From assembly GCA_029862185.1 (NCBI GenBank), contig JAOTXX010000012.1, positions 1,787 to 65,786 of the forward strand: 64,000 nt of DNA, in the 5' to 3' direction. The DNA comes from Myxococcales bacterium (GTDB lineage Bacteria > Myxococcota_A > Polyangia > Polyangiales > Houyiibacteriaceae). Below the pieces are notes generated by a model that had not been told where the DNA came from, ran no database searches, and worked only from the letters and a program-made list of their open reading frames with translations. This document shows positions 8,772 to 18,841 of the stretch, piece by piece; positions within the stretch are counted from its first letter, which is position 1, and each line of letters opens with the position of its first letter. A program made the translations under genes and the position numbers.

Positions 8772-11700
8772 AGCGACGCTAGAGAACGCGAACGCACCGA
8801 TTCGTGATTTGGTGGTGGCGCTCGGATCCGATGAGCGGATCGACGTAGCATCCATCCCTCGGGGCGCCCTAGACTGGGCAATCGCGCAGGCGGCCTCGGC
8901 CCATCCCGATCGACGTTTCGTCGTCGTCTCGGCAGACCTCGAAGAGGCCTATCGCCACGAGTCGAATCTTCGTTTCCTCCTTCCCGCCAAAAACGCCGAC
9001 GTCCTGCTGTTCACCGCGGCGGATACGAGCGCACTTCTCGACGTCATGCCGGACCGACGCGCCGAAATGCAGCGCATGGCCGTCTTGGCGCAGCTCGCCG
9101 AAGAGCAACCCTGGCGCGTGCTCATCGTTCCCGCCCCCGCACTCCTTCGCCGCGTTCCCCCGGTCGAGCACGTGAAGTCCGGCCTCCTTTCAATCGAGAT
9201 CGCGCAGCAGATCGAGCGCGACGACCTCGTCCGGCGTTTGTTGGAGCTCGGTTATCTCAGGGTCCCGCTAGTCGAGGATCGAGGAACGTTCTCCGCGCGT
9301 GGAGCCCTGGTCGACGTCTACGGTCCGGATGCCGCCCTCCCCTTTCGAATCGAGCTCGACGACGATCTGGTCTCCCGCATTCGTCGCTTCAACCCCGACG
9401 ATCAGAAGACCGAGGACGAAATCGACTCGCTCCAGCTTGCCGCGGCGCGTGAGGTGCCCGACGCGCCCGCCGCCATCGCTCGAGCCAAGAAGGTGGTGCG
9501 CGAGCTTTGCGACGAATTGAACATGCCCACCCTGCAAGGTCGAGAGCTGGTAGGCGAGCTCGACCGCGGCTCCGGTGCATTGATTTCGAACGCGCTGCTG
9601 CCGGCCTACTTCGATCGGCTCGACACTCTCTTCGAGTATCTTCCCAACGACCTGCGGCTGATTTTGGCCGACCCTCTGGCCATCGCGAGCTCGGTTCGCG
9701 CCGAGCACCAACAGGGTACGGACGAGCACGCAGCGCGGCGCGACCGGCCTACGTTCGATTTGTCCGCATACTTCATGAGCGAAGAAGAGCTCACTCGACG
9801 GCTCCTCGGGTACCCGGCGCTGGTATCGCATCGCTTGGCGGTTCACGGCGTCGCTGGCGACGACGAAGGTCCGATCGTTGCCGCCTTTGCATCACCGGGC
9901 GACACATTAATTCGAGTGAGCGCGTCGGATCAGCAGCCACTCATTTCGGAGCTGCGTGCGCAAAAAGGACACGGGGATCGTGGGCTGCAACCCTTGGCCG
10001 ACCAGCTGCGGGAATGGACCGAGCAAGGCCTCCGAGTGTCTCTGGTTGGCAGAACTCAGCACCAGGCCGACCGCCTGATCGATCTGCTCAAGAGCTACGG
10101 CGTAGCAACACGGATCTTGGACGAAACGACGTTGGGCGAGCTTCGCGACGGGTTCGTGCTTTGGAGCGAAGGCGTTGCCTACGTGACGGAGGAAGAGATT
10201 TTTGGATCCCGGGTTCGCCAGCGCCGCAGCCAGCGTCAAACGCGCCGCCAACAGCAGCGCTTTCTCGAAGACCTTCGGGAGCTTAGCCCAGGCGACTTCG
10301 TCGTCCATGTCGACCACGGAGTGGGCAAATACCTCGGTCTCCAACACAAGGAGCTGAGCCTGACCGCGATGGACCGGCTTCACGGTCGTACCGCCCAGAC
10401 CGTCGAGGTGATGGTCGTCGAGTACGCTGGCAGCGACAAGCTGTTCGTACCGGTCACTCGTCTCGGGGTGATCCAGAAGTTCAAAGGCGGCGAAGGACAC
10501 CAGCCAAAGCTCGATCGACTGGGCGGCACGACGTTCGGGACCAAAAAGGGGCGCGTACACAAGGCCGTGCAACAGATGGCCGAGGAGCTCCTCAAACTCT
10601 ACGCGGAGCGGACCGCGGTCAGACGGGAGCCGCTTGAGCCCACCGGACCGACATACGCGGAGTTCGAGGCGACGTTCCCGTTCGAGGAAACCCGCGATCA
10701 GGAAAAGGCCATCGAAGACGTGATGGCAGACCTCGAAGAGCCGCAGCCGACCGACCGGCTCGTATGTGGAGATGTGGGCTTCGGCAAAACGGAAGTTGCG
10801 CTTCGGGCCGCGTTTCGGGTGGCGTTGAGCGGGCGGCAAGTGGCGGTCCTGTGCCCGACGACGGTCTTGGCGCAGCAACACTTTCGGACCTTCTCCTCTC
10901 GCCTGGACGGATACCCCCTCCGCGTCGAGGTGCTGTCGCGCTTCGTCTCGCGTAGAAAGCAGCTCGAAGTGCTGAGCGGCCTCAAAGACGGCACCGTCGA
11001 CGTGGTGATTGGAACTCACCGGGTTCTCTCCAAAGACGTGCACTTCGCCGCACTCGGGCTTCTGGTCGTCGACGAAGAGCAGCGGTTTGGCGTCACGCAC
11101 AAAGAGCGAATCAAGAAGCTTCGGACCAACATCGACGTAATCACGCTCAGCGCAACGCCGATTCCGCGCACACTGCACCTCGCAGTCGGGGGCATGCGCA
11201 ATCTTTCGTTGATCACCACGGCACCCCAGGACCGACGCTCTGTGCGAACCTTCGTCTGCCGCTGGGACGATCATTTGATCAAAGAAGCGATTGAGCGAGA
11301 GCTCAGTCGCGGTGGTCAGGTGTTCTTCGTCTACAACCGCATCGAAGGCTTGTATGAACGCGCTCAGCGCATTCAAGATCTGGTTCCGAATGCGCGGATT
11401 GCCATTGCGCACGGCCAGATGAAACCCGCGCTGCTAGACCGGACGATGACCGACTTCGTGGAGGGCGCGTACGACGTCCTCTGCTCGACTGCCATCGTCG
11501 AAAGCGGGCTCGACATCCCGAACGCGAACACGATTCTGGTCGACCGAGCGGACACCCTGGGGCTGGCCCAGGTCTACCAACTCCGCGGCCGCGTCGGCCG
11601 GTCGGACCAGCGCGCATACTGCTACCTGATCACTCCGCCGCCTAACCAAATGTCGGAGGAATCTCGAATTCGCATGGAGGCGCTCGAGCGGTTCTCCGGC

Positions 11701-12330
11701 CTAGGCGCAGGCTTCAGAGTCGCGACCCTCGACATGGAGCTTCGAGGCGCTGGCAATCTCCTGGGATCGGAGCAGAGCGGCAATGCGTCGCTCGTCGGCT
11801 TCGACATGTTCGTGCAGATGCTCAATGAAGCCGTCTCGGAGCTCAAAGGCGAGCCGCTTCAGCAGGAAATCGACCCCGAGCTCTCGGTCGAGCTCGAACA
11901 CTATCTCCCCGAGGAGTACATCGACGATATCGGGCTCCGCCTTTCGTTGTACCGGCGCTTTGCGACCGCGTCGGACGAGGCTTCGGTCGACGAGCTTGCG
12001 ATCGAGATGGAAGAGCGCTTCGGAGCGCCTCCTCCTCCGGCGCGGGCCTTCATTCGCTTGATGTCGGTCAAACCGCTGCTCCGCGAGCTTCGCGCCCTCG
12101 GTTGTGAAGCGGACCGCACGCGGGTGACACTGCACCTGAGAGAGGACACCCCGCTCGACCCTGCGAAGCTCATGCCACTGGTGGCGACGCCGGGTGCGGG
12201 CTGGAGCCTTTCACCTGACATGAAGCTGACTCGGCGCTATCGAGAAGAGGAGTCCGGCGATGCGGTGGATCGCGTCCGATCCCTGATCGTCGAGCTCGAG
12301 CCGATGCGCTCGGCGGGGCGCGAGCCCTGA
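8761..12330 (+). CDS. mfd: transcription-repair coupling factor
   Basis: 1189 aa. DFVVHVDHGVGKY (CarD/TRCF domain). Helicase motifs GDVGFGKTEVA, DEEQRFGV, TATPIPRT-like SATPIPRT, QLRGRVGRS. C-terminal TRCF domain. Confidence 0.95.
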   Translation: MSLEATLENANAPIRDLVVALGSDERIDVASIPRGALDWAIAQAASAHPDRRFVVVSADLEEAYRHESNLRFLLPAKNADVLLFTAADTSALLDVMPDRRAEMQRMAVLAQLAEEQPWRVLIVPAPALLRRVPPVEHVKSGLLSIEIAQQIERDDLVRRLLELGYLRVPLVEDRGTFSARGALVDVYGPDAALPFRIELDDDLVSRIRRFNPDDQKTEDEIDSLQLAAAREVPDAPAAIARAKKVVRELCDELNMPTLQGRELVGELDRGSGALISNALLPAYFDRLDTLFEYLPNDLRLILADPLAIASSVRAEHQQGTDEHAARRDRPTFDLSAYFMSEEELTRRLLGYPALVSHRLAVHGVAGDDEGPIVAAFASPGDTLIRVSASDQQPLISELRAQKGHGDRGLQPLADQLREWTEQGLRVSLVGRTQHQADRLIDLLKSYGVATRILDETTLGELRDGFVLWSEGVAYVTEEEIFGSRVRQRRSQRQTRRQQQRFLEDLRELSPGDFVVHVDHGVGKYLGLQHKELSLTAMDRLHGRTAQTVEVMVVEYAGSDKLFVPVTRLGVIQKFKGGEGHQPKLDRLGGTTFGTKKGRVHKAVQQMAEELLKLYAERTAVRREPLEPTGPTYAEFEATFPFEETRDQEKAIEDVMADLEEPQPTDRLVCGDVGFGKTEVALRAAFRVALSGRQVAVLCPTTVLAQQHFRTFSSRLDGYPLRVEVLSRFVSRRKQLEVLSGLKDGTVDVVIGTHRVLSKDVHFAALGLLVVDEEQRFGVTHKERIKKLRTNIDVITLSATPIPRTLHLAVGGMRNLSLITTAPQDRRSVRTFVCRWDDHLIKEAIERELSRGGQVFFVYNRIEGLYERAQRIQDLVPNARIAIAHGQMKPALLDRTMTDFVEGAYDVLCSTAIVESGLDIPNANTILVDRADTLGLAQVYQLRGRVGRSDQRAYCYLITPPPNQMSEESRIRMEALERFSGLGAGFRVATLDMELRGAGNLLGSEQSGNASLVGFDMFVQMLNEAVSELKGEPLQQEIDPELSVELEHYLPEEYIDDIGLRLSLYRRFATASDEASVDELAIEMEERFGAPPPPARAFIRLMSVKPLLRELRALGCEADRTRVTLHLREDTPLDPAKLMPLVATPGAGWSLSPDMKLTRRYREEESGDAVDRVRSLIVELEPMRSAGREP

Positions 12331-12333
12331 AGG

Positions 12334-12972
12334 ATGGTCCAAACGATGTCACTTTCCCATGAGCTTCAGCGTATCTTCGACGCCGATCGCGCGCTGCGAA
12401 TGGCCGAGCTCGGTTTGCTCCGGCACAAGGACGCCGAGGAGCTGGTCGCACTGCTCGCGCGCGAAACCGAACATGCCCTCGCGATGGAGGATCGCGGGGA
12501 AGGCACGATGCGGCTCGAACGGCTGGCAGATCTCTGTGCGCAGGTTCCTGGCCCCCGGATGACAGACGCCCTGATCGCCATCTTGAACGACGCGGAGCCG
12601 CGGGTGCGCGTTGCGGCCGGCGAAGCGCTGCGAGACCTGGGCTACGAGCGCTACGCCGAGGTGGCCCGTGGCATCGAGCGCGCCTTGGATCGCAAGGCGG
12701 ACGGACTCGCCATGTCCGAGCTGCCCTGGGTCCTCGCCGAGATCGCCGAGCCGAGCGCCCTCGGATTGATTCGCCGCTTTCTCGATCATCCGAACGCGGA
12801 CGTCGTTGCGGCGGCCATCGAATCGCTTGCTCAGCTGCGAGACCCCGAATCGATTGGGGACCTCGAGCGCTTTGTGAATGATTCGCGCGTCGTGACCATC
12901 GAAGACTTCGAAGAAGAAACCAAGACGACGCTCGGCGAGCTGGCGGCAGACGCGCTCGATATCGTTCGCTGA
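12334..12972 (+). CDS. HEAT-repeat protein
   Basis: Repeated EPRVRVAAGEALRDLG / NADVVAAAIESLAQLRDP HEAT/PBS-lyase-like units. Confidence 0.6.
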   Translation: MVQTMSLSHELQRIFDADRALRMAELGLLRHKDAEELVALLARETEHALAMEDRGEGTMRLERLADLCAQVPGPRMTDALIAILNDAEPRVRVAAGEALRDLGYERYAEVARGIERALDRKADGLAMSELPWVLAEIAEPSALGLIRRFLDHPNADVVAAAIESLAQLRDPESIGDLERFVNDSRVVTIEDFEEETKTTLGELAADALDIVR

Positions 12973-12989
12973 GCGAAATGGAGTGCGGC

Positions 12990-14045
12990 TTAGGGGCTCT
13001 CTCGTGTCCACAGCGCGCGACGCTTGGCCGCCTTGGCGCGAGCGCGGTCCTTGGCGAAGAGCGCCAAGTAGTCCTCATTGACCGCGTCCACCTCCACTTG
13101 ATCGGGAAGCTCGGTGCGCGCCGCCTCCATGGCATCGACGAGGGACCGGAGTGGCCCCGACGCCTGGCCGAACTTGGAGGCCTCGATGCTGTCCGAAACT
13201 TCGGACATCCGATCGACGACGTCCTTGCTCAGGTAGCCTCGTCGGCAAAGGTCATCGAAGCTAGCGACGAGCACTTCCGGGTTGAAGGTATGGGCGACCA
13301 CCAGATCGGCTCCAACCCGCAGCACCGCTTGCGCATCGAGCGCGCCGTCTTCGAGCAGAACCAATGCGGGCTGAAAGTAGTTGTAGAAGGGACACACGCG
13401 ACGCCCGAAATCGCCAAACCCGGCCGTCGAGGAGACGCGCTCGAGATGGATGAAAATGCGTCGAACCGTGTCGCCACGAGGGACCCGGGCGGCGATGCGG
13501 ACCAGCTCCGGGATGTCGTTGGGATACACCTCCGCGGCTTCCGCGATCTTCATCAAGATCTCCTGGCCGACTCGACCGGCCGCGATGTCCGCGTAGAGTG
13601 AATAGATGAACGCATCTCCTTCAGCGTCGTCACCGAAGAGGATCTCGTCGGTCTCCGGTGACACGTTTGTGCGCGAGCGAAGGAGCGCGGTGAGCTTGTA
13701 ACTGAGTTGGTCGCGCAGGAATCGAAACTTGCCACGGACGAGGTTGCGCAGGCTTGGCTTGAGCGTGAACCCGTCCCAGCGAATTCCATCGAGCCGAAGC
13801 TTCGCCTCGAGCACGCTGCGCATCTGCTCGGGGCTGCCGGACAAAATGAAGATCGCCGCCGGATCGGTAGCTCGGATTTCGCGCAAGAGCGTGCTCGCAC
13901 CCGGATAGGCTCGTTTGCGGGAGGCCGGCTCGAATGCGGTGCGCACCAAGTCGCGCAGCGTGTCGAACTCGGTACGAAGGTATGTCTTGTCGAGGTCCCA
14001 GCGATAGACGATGTGTTGCCTGCGCTCGCTCAAGTCCGGTGCCAC
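12990..14045 (-). CDS. HAD-like phosphatase of the App1/DUF2183 type
   Basis: WDLDKTY (DxDxT motif I) and FGDDAEGDAFIYSLY (motif IV-like). The track ORF runs to 14222, but that would overlap the divergent UPF0262 gene 5' end. An in-frame GTG at 14045 is used here, so the start is uncertain. Confidence 0.55.
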   Translation of the reverse strand: MAPDLSERRQHIVYRWDLDKTYLRTEFDTLRDLVRTAFEPASRKRAYPGASTLLREIRATDPAAIFILSGSPEQMRSVLEAKLRLDGIRWDGFTLKPSLRNLVRGKFRFLRDQLSYKLTALLRSRTNVSPETDEILFGDDAEGDAFIYSLYADIAAGRVGQEILMKIAEAAEVYPNDIPELVRIAARVPRGDTVRRIFIHLERVSSTAGFGDFGRRVCPFYNYFQPALVLLEDGALDAQAVLRVGADLVVAHTFNPEVLVASFDDLCRRGYLSKDVVDRMSEVSDSIEASKFGQASGPLRSLVDAMEAARTELPDQVEVDAVNEDYLALFAKDRARAKAAKRRALWTRESP

Positions 14046-14109
14046 CGGAAGACCATAGCAGCGAAGCGGCCGGAGATGCAGACGGAGTCGAAGCTGATAT
14101 GGTCGACTT

Positions 14110-14586
14110 ATGGCTCTCAATGCAGTGCACATCGATGAGCGCACCTTGCAGCGCGGCTCGGAAGCCCAGCACACGGAGTGGGACGCGATTGTCCGGGAGC
14201 TCCTTTCGAGGGCCAAGAGCAACCTCGAAGAGGCTGTGAGCCTTCACGTGAGCGTCACCGAGCAAGGTTTCGTGATGGGTTTTCAAACCGATCAGGAGCA
14301 AGTGCTAGGGACGATTGTGATTCCGCACCAGCTGCTGTCCGAGCACATCACGGAATACATCGATATCGTTCGCCAAATCGCTGACGCGGACGGCCTCAAC
14401 CAATTGGAGGCGCTGGACATGGCGAAGAAGGTGACGCACGACCGTGCGGGTCGAGTGCTCAAACGAGAGCTTCGCGACTTTGGCTTCGATTTGGAAACGT
14501 CGCGCCGCTTGTTCACGCTGCTGCTTTCGTTGCGGGTGGACACGACGAGAATCGTCGGCATCCACGGGCACCGCACGATTCGCTAG
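14110..14586 (+). CDS. UPF0262 family protein
   Basis: IDERTLQRGSEAQHTEWDAIVRELL ... FDLETSRRLFTLLLSL matches the conserved N- and C-terminal blocks of UPF0262 proteins as I remember them. Confidence 0.65.
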   Translation: MALNAVHIDERTLQRGSEAQHTEWDAIVRELLSRAKSNLEEAVSLHVSVTEQGFVMGFQTDQEQVLGTIVIPHQLLSEHITEYIDIVRQIADADGLNQLEALDMAKKVTHDRAGRVLKRELRDFGFDLETSRRLFTLLLSLRVDTTRIVGIHGHRTIR

Positions 14587-14707
14587 CGGCCGGCCTAGGG
14601 GCGCCAATGCCTGGAAATACGGTGGTTTCACTCCCTTGGGAAGCCCATTGTTGCCAGGGGTTCGACCTTTTTCGTCATTTGTTGAACACTGAATTGCGAA
14701 GGGGGTC

Positions 14708-15373
14708 ATGACAGCGTCGCTAAAAGAGTCGGTCCGTCCGCCGGCCGGGGGACCGCAACCTCAGGCACCGAGCGCTACCCACTCGAAGCGCGACGAGGAT
14801 TTCGTGTGCCTTCTCAACGCTGCAGGCCTCGCCACTGAGCTCGACGCGGACCAGCTCGCGGCCATTGCCTCGAATCTCGAAGATTCGGGAATCGACTCCC
14901 GCCGGATGGACATCCTGGAGCACTACTACCGAGGCAACGACGACACCTCCGTCGCTTTGCGCCGCCGCTCGAACGATCGGCTGTTCATGCACAACGACTA
15001 CTTCTCGGTGAACGCGCACCAGCTGGTGGCATCCTTGGCAAGCCTCAATCCCGAGGTCGCGCCGGTCGAGCTGCAGCGAATCGGCACCGACGACGGGCCT
15101 TTGGTCCTTCGAGCCGGGGAGAACTTCAGCGCGGTGACGGATGAAGACGACGAGGACGCCAAGCAGGGCACGGTCGCGGTTCGCGCTCTGGTCCGCGCGC
15201 TCAATGTGCTTCTATCCAAGGCCGGGGTCGCCGAAAGGCTCGTTTCCCTGGTGCCCGATGATTCGCGCGAGCTCTACGTTGGCGTCACCCAAGAAGGCGC
15301 GATGACTCTCCTTCAGGGCGGCTGTACGGAGCTTTCGGTCCCGGCCGCTCTTCGCGAGTTTGCAGGCTGGTAG
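14708..15373 (+). CDS. hypothetical protein
   Basis: 221-aa ORF in the expected GC-rich coding frame. It fills the gap between flanking genes. No motif recognised. Confidence 0.45.
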   Translation: MTASLKESVRPPAGGPQPQAPSATHSKRDEDFVCLLNAAGLATELDADQLAAIASNLEDSGIDSRRMDILEHYYRGNDDTSVALRRRSNDRLFMHNDYFSVNAHQLVASLASLNPEVAPVELQRIGTDDGPLVLRAGENFSAVTDEDDEDAKQGTVAVRALVRALNVLLSKAGVAERLVSLVPDDSRELYVGVTQEGAMTLLQGGCTELSVPAALREFAGW

Positions 15374-15395
15374 CTGCCGCCCTAGGTGAGTAACC

Positions 15396-16733
15396 ATGAA
15401 TGAATACGATTACGACCTCTTCGTCGTTGGCGCGGGGTCGGGAGGCGTGAGGGCCGCTCGCGTGGCAAGCGAGCTCGGCGCAGCGGTGGCGATTGGAGAA
15501 ATCGATCGCATGGGTGGCACCTGCGTCAACGTCGGCTGCATCCCCAAGAAGCTCTTCGTGTACGGCTCCCACTTCGCGTATGACCTAAACGACGCGAGGG
15601 GTTATGGATGGTCGACGCAGCCTTCATTCGATTGGGCTACCCTCAAGGAAAACAAGGACCGCGAGATTGCTCGCCTCAATGGGATCTACGAAAGTCTTCT
15701 CACGAGAGCCGGAGTCGACGTCATGCGAGGAAGGGTGCGGCTGCTCGATTCCCATACGGTCGAAATTGGAGACCTCCAGCGCTCGGCCAAGAGGATCTTG
15801 ATCGCCACGGGCGGTAAGGCGATCGTCCCTGACATTCCCGGGCGCCACCATGCCTCGACGTCGAACGCTGTGTTCTCGCTCGAAGAGCTCCCGAAGCGAA
15901 TGATGATCGTGGGAGCAGGCTACATCGCACTCGAGCTGGGCTCGATGCTCTGCGCGCTCGGGGTCGAAGTGACCCTGATCCACCGTGGTGAAGAGATTTT
16001 GCGTGGATTCGATCATGACCTGCGATGCCATCTTCACGCCGAGCTCGAGGCCAAGGGGATGCGGATCGTACTCGAAACGCAAGTCACGGAGATTCGAAAG
16101 ACGGACTCGGCATTCGAGGCCCGGCTCGACAGCGGGGTGCTCCTCGAAACAGACTTCCCCCTCTTCGCAATCGGACGCGAGCCCAACGTCGAAGGCCTGG
16201 GGCTGCAAGAGCTGGGCGTGGAGCTCGGTCAGCGCGGAGGTGTCGTGGTCGACGATGACTACAGCAGCTCCGTCCCCTCGATCCACGCCGTTGGCGATGT
16301 CATCGATCACATTCAGCTGACGCCTGTCGCCGTTGCCGAAGGGATGCACTTCGCTCACCATTTCTACGGCCGGGGTGAGCACCGAATCGACTACGCCAGC
16401 ATTCCGACGGCGGTGTTCTGTCAACCGGAGCTCGCGACGGTGGGCCTGACCGAAAGGGAGGCCTGGCACCGCTGTCAGGATGTGCGTGTCTACAAGTCGG
16501 TCTTCACCCCCTTGAAGCTCGCGCTGAGCGAACGAAAAGAACACACGATCGTCAAGCTCGTGGTGGACGCGTCGAACGATCGAGTGCTTGGCTGCCACAT
16601 GGCTGGCCACGGCGCGGCGGAGATCATCCAGGGCCTCGCGGTTGCCATCAAGGCCGGCGCAACCAAGGCCCAGTTCGACGCCACCGTCGGGATCCACCCG
16701 ACCGCAGCCGAGGAATTCGTCACCCTCCGGTAA
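15396..16733 (+). CDS. gor: glutathione-disulfide reductase (class I pyridine nucleotide-disulfide oxidoreductase)
   Basis: DLFVVGAGSGGVRAA, redox-active GGTCVNVGCIPKK, C-terminal dimerisation HPTAAEEFVTLR. Length of 445 aa is typical of Gor. Confidence 0.8.
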   Translation: MNEYDYDLFVVGAGSGGVRAARVASELGAAVAIGEIDRMGGTCVNVGCIPKKLFVYGSHFAYDLNDARGYGWSTQPSFDWATLKENKDREIARLNGIYESLLTRAGVDVMRGRVRLLDSHTVEIGDLQRSAKRILIATGGKAIVPDIPGRHHASTSNAVFSLEELPKRMMIVGAGYIALELGSMLCALGVEVTLIHRGEEILRGFDHDLRCHLHAELEAKGMRIVLETQVTEIRKTDSAFEARLDSGVLLETDFPLFAIGREPNVEGLGLQELGVELGQRGGVVVDDDYSSSVPSIHAVGDVIDHIQLTPVAVAEGMHFAHHFYGRGEHRIDYASIPTAVFCQPELATVGLTEREAWHRCQDVRVYKSVFTPLKLALSERKEHTIVKLVVDASNDRVLGCHMAGHGAAEIIQGLAVAIKAGATKAQFDATVGIHPTAAEEFVTLR

Positions 16734-16834
16734 TATTTGACTGAATAAGTCAACAATACTTCGTGAGTTTGGCGACAAAAAGTGCTGTATTTTTCGGCTT
16801 TTAGAGCCTAGAGTGCTCCTCTGCCCTGGACGCA

Positions 16835-17629
16835 TTGCAAAAGCGCAGCAGACTTGTCAAGTTACTCCGAGTCACCATGGAAGCTGCCCGCATTGCCTCA
16901 GTCGATTCCGACCTCGATGAAGAAAATCGAGCTGTCGGGGCCACCACCGCGGAGGAGCTCATCGACTGGGCCTCGAATCGATACTGCGAGAAGCTCATCG
17001 CGTCGACCAGCTTTGGCGCGACCTCGGCCGTGATGTTGCACCTCGTGCACCGGGTGGCTCCTCGAACGCCGATCATCTGCGTCGACACCGGCTACCTCTT
17101 TCCCGAAACCTATCAATTCGCCGAAGCGTTGATTCAGCGCTTGAATCTCGACGTTCGATTCTACTCCGCGCAGATGTCCCCAGCTCGTCAGGAAGCGCTG
17201 TACGGGAAGCTCTGGGAGCAGGGCGAGGACGGCGTGAACCGCTATTTGCAAATCAACAAAGTCGAGCCGATGCAACGGGCGATTCGTGAGCTCGGCGCAG
17301 AGGCTTGGATGGCCGGATTGCGTGCCGAACAAACCGAGCATCGCGCCGGGCTGCGACGAGTCGATCGCCAAGACGGCCGAATCAAGATTCACCCCGTCTT
17401 GCATTGGACCAGCGAAGATATGACGGCCTACATGGACCGCCACGACCTTCCCTACCATCCGATGGTCGAGCAAGGGTATCGCTCGATTGGTGACCACCAT
17501 TCTACGATTCCGACCACGGCGGACATGGATCCCCGCGACGGCCGTATCCTCGGCAAAACAAGGGAGTGCGGGCTTCACCTTCCACTTACTGAGGAGCAAA
17601 ACCAGAGCCTCAAGTCGAGCGGCTTGTAA
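16835..17629 (+). CDS. cysH: phosphoadenosine phosphosulfate (PAPS/APS) reductase
   Basis: PAPS_reduct fold (IASTSFGATSAVMLHL, CVDTGYLFPETY) and C-terminal ECGLH motif. Start may be the ATG at 16877. Confidence 0.85.
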   Translation: MQKRSRLVKLLRVTMEAARIASVDSDLDEENRAVGATTAEELIDWASNRYCEKLIASTSFGATSAVMLHLVHRVAPRTPIICVDTGYLFPETYQFAEALIQRLNLDVRFYSAQMSPARQEALYGKLWEQGEDGVNRYLQINKVEPMQRAIRELGAEAWMAGLRAEQTEHRAGLRRVDRQDGRIKIHPVLHWTSEDMTAYMDRHDLPYHPMVEQGYRSIGDHHSTIPTTADMDPRDGRILGKTRECGLHLPLTEEQNQSLKSSGL

Positions 17630-17683
17630 GAAGCTGGCCCATCGCGCTCCCGTCTGCGTAACCTCAATTCGAGGTAGCAAACG

Positions 17684-18793
17684 GTGACTCTGCTTCGGAT
17701 TGTGATTAGCGACCTGCATCTCGGGACGGGTACCCGGCGTGGTCAGCTGAATCCGCTCGAGGACTTCATTCACGACGACCGCTTCGTCGAGCTCCTCGCA
17801 TTCTACCAAAATCTCATGGGCTCCGAGGGAAGCATCGAGCTGATCCTGAACGGGGACATCTTTGATCTCTTGAAAGTGAAGATCGCAGACCAGTGGCCGA
17901 CCGAGGTGACGGAAGACATCGCAATCGCCAAGTTGCAGCAGTGCCTCGAAGGACACCCGAGATTCGTCCTCGCGCTCCGTGAGTTCATTCAGACGCCGAC
18001 GAACCGAGTGACCTATCTTCCCGGAAACCATGACATGGAATTGTGGTTCGCCGGTGTTCAAGAGCTCTTCCTTCGCTACGTCGCGCCCGGCGAGGCGGCC
18101 GAGCGTGTCCACTTCGTGACCTCGTCCGACACCTATTACCTTCCCGAAGGCATCCAGGTTCGCCATGGCCACCAGTTCGAACGCATTCACCGCGTGGACT
18201 ACGCACAGATGACGCGAACGCGCCGAGACGGAACCGAAGTGCTGGCCTTGCCCTGGGGTAGCCTGTGGATCCTCGAGGTGATGAATCCCCTCAAAGAGAT
18301 TCGAAGCCATATCGATCGAATCCAACCTCTGCGCCGATTCCTTTGGTCGTCGGCTCTGCTCGATCCGGGTTTTGTGCTCAAATTCCTGTGGCGCTCGACG
18401 ATCTACTTCCTCCGTCACCGCGTCTTCACGATTCGAGCCTGGCGCGACCGCATCATGAATTTGCCGCGGCTGGTGCGCGAAGAGGTGCTCGAAGTCACCA
18501 GCGGCGGCTACGATGAGCGGGCGATCCGCGCGCTCAACAAGACCCGCGGCGCCCATACCCTGATCGTCGGCCACAGCCACGGCCCTCGGTTTCTCCAACT
18601 CCCGAACGACCGCATCCTGGTGAATACGGGAACCTGGGTGAAGATGATCAACCTGGACCTTCAGTACCTGGGCCAAGACAGCGGATTGACCTACGCAGTG
18701 ATCGCATATGACGACGACGGGAAACCGGAGACGACCTTGATGAGGTGGCAAGGAGCCCACGAAGCCTGCGAGGCCATCCCGTACGCGGACTAG
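17684..18793 (+). CDS. calcineurin-like metallophosphoesterase
   Basis: ISDLHLG, NGDIFD, GNHD, VGHSHG metallophosphoesterase motifs in canonical order. Confidence 0.75.
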   Translation: MTLLRIVISDLHLGTGTRRGQLNPLEDFIHDDRFVELLAFYQNLMGSEGSIELILNGDIFDLLKVKIADQWPTEVTEDIAIAKLQQCLEGHPRFVLALREFIQTPTNRVTYLPGNHDMELWFAGVQELFLRYVAPGEAAERVHFVTSSDTYYLPEGIQVRHGHQFERIHRVDYAQMTRTRRDGTEVLALPWGSLWILEVMNPLKEIRSHIDRIQPLRRFLWSSALLDPGFVLKFLWRSTIYFLRHRVFTIRAWRDRIMNLPRLVREEVLEVTSGGYDERAIRALNKTRGAHTLIVGHSHGPRFLQLPNDRILVNTGTWVKMINLDLQYLGQDSGLTYAVIAYDDDGKPETTLMRWQGAHEACEAIPYAD

Positions 18794-18841
18794 TTCTCCG
18801 ATTGCCGGGCGGAGGTTGCTGCGATACGATACGCGTGTTCA

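Noticed and set aside
9907-11412. 501-aa minus-strand ORF inside mfd. The same applies to 15624..16835 antisense to gor, 12170..13135, 8171..8881 and 6133..6945.
   Set aside because: All are antisense or alternate-frame to genes with strong helicase, flavoprotein or ACAD motifs. The sequences are Arg-rich and low-complexity.
16898-18760. 620-aa minus-strand ORF
   Set aside because: It spans cysH, an intergenic gap and most of the metallophosphoesterase gene on the opposite strand. Composition is shadow-like and there are no motifs. A real gene would not run through two well-supported genes and their spacer.
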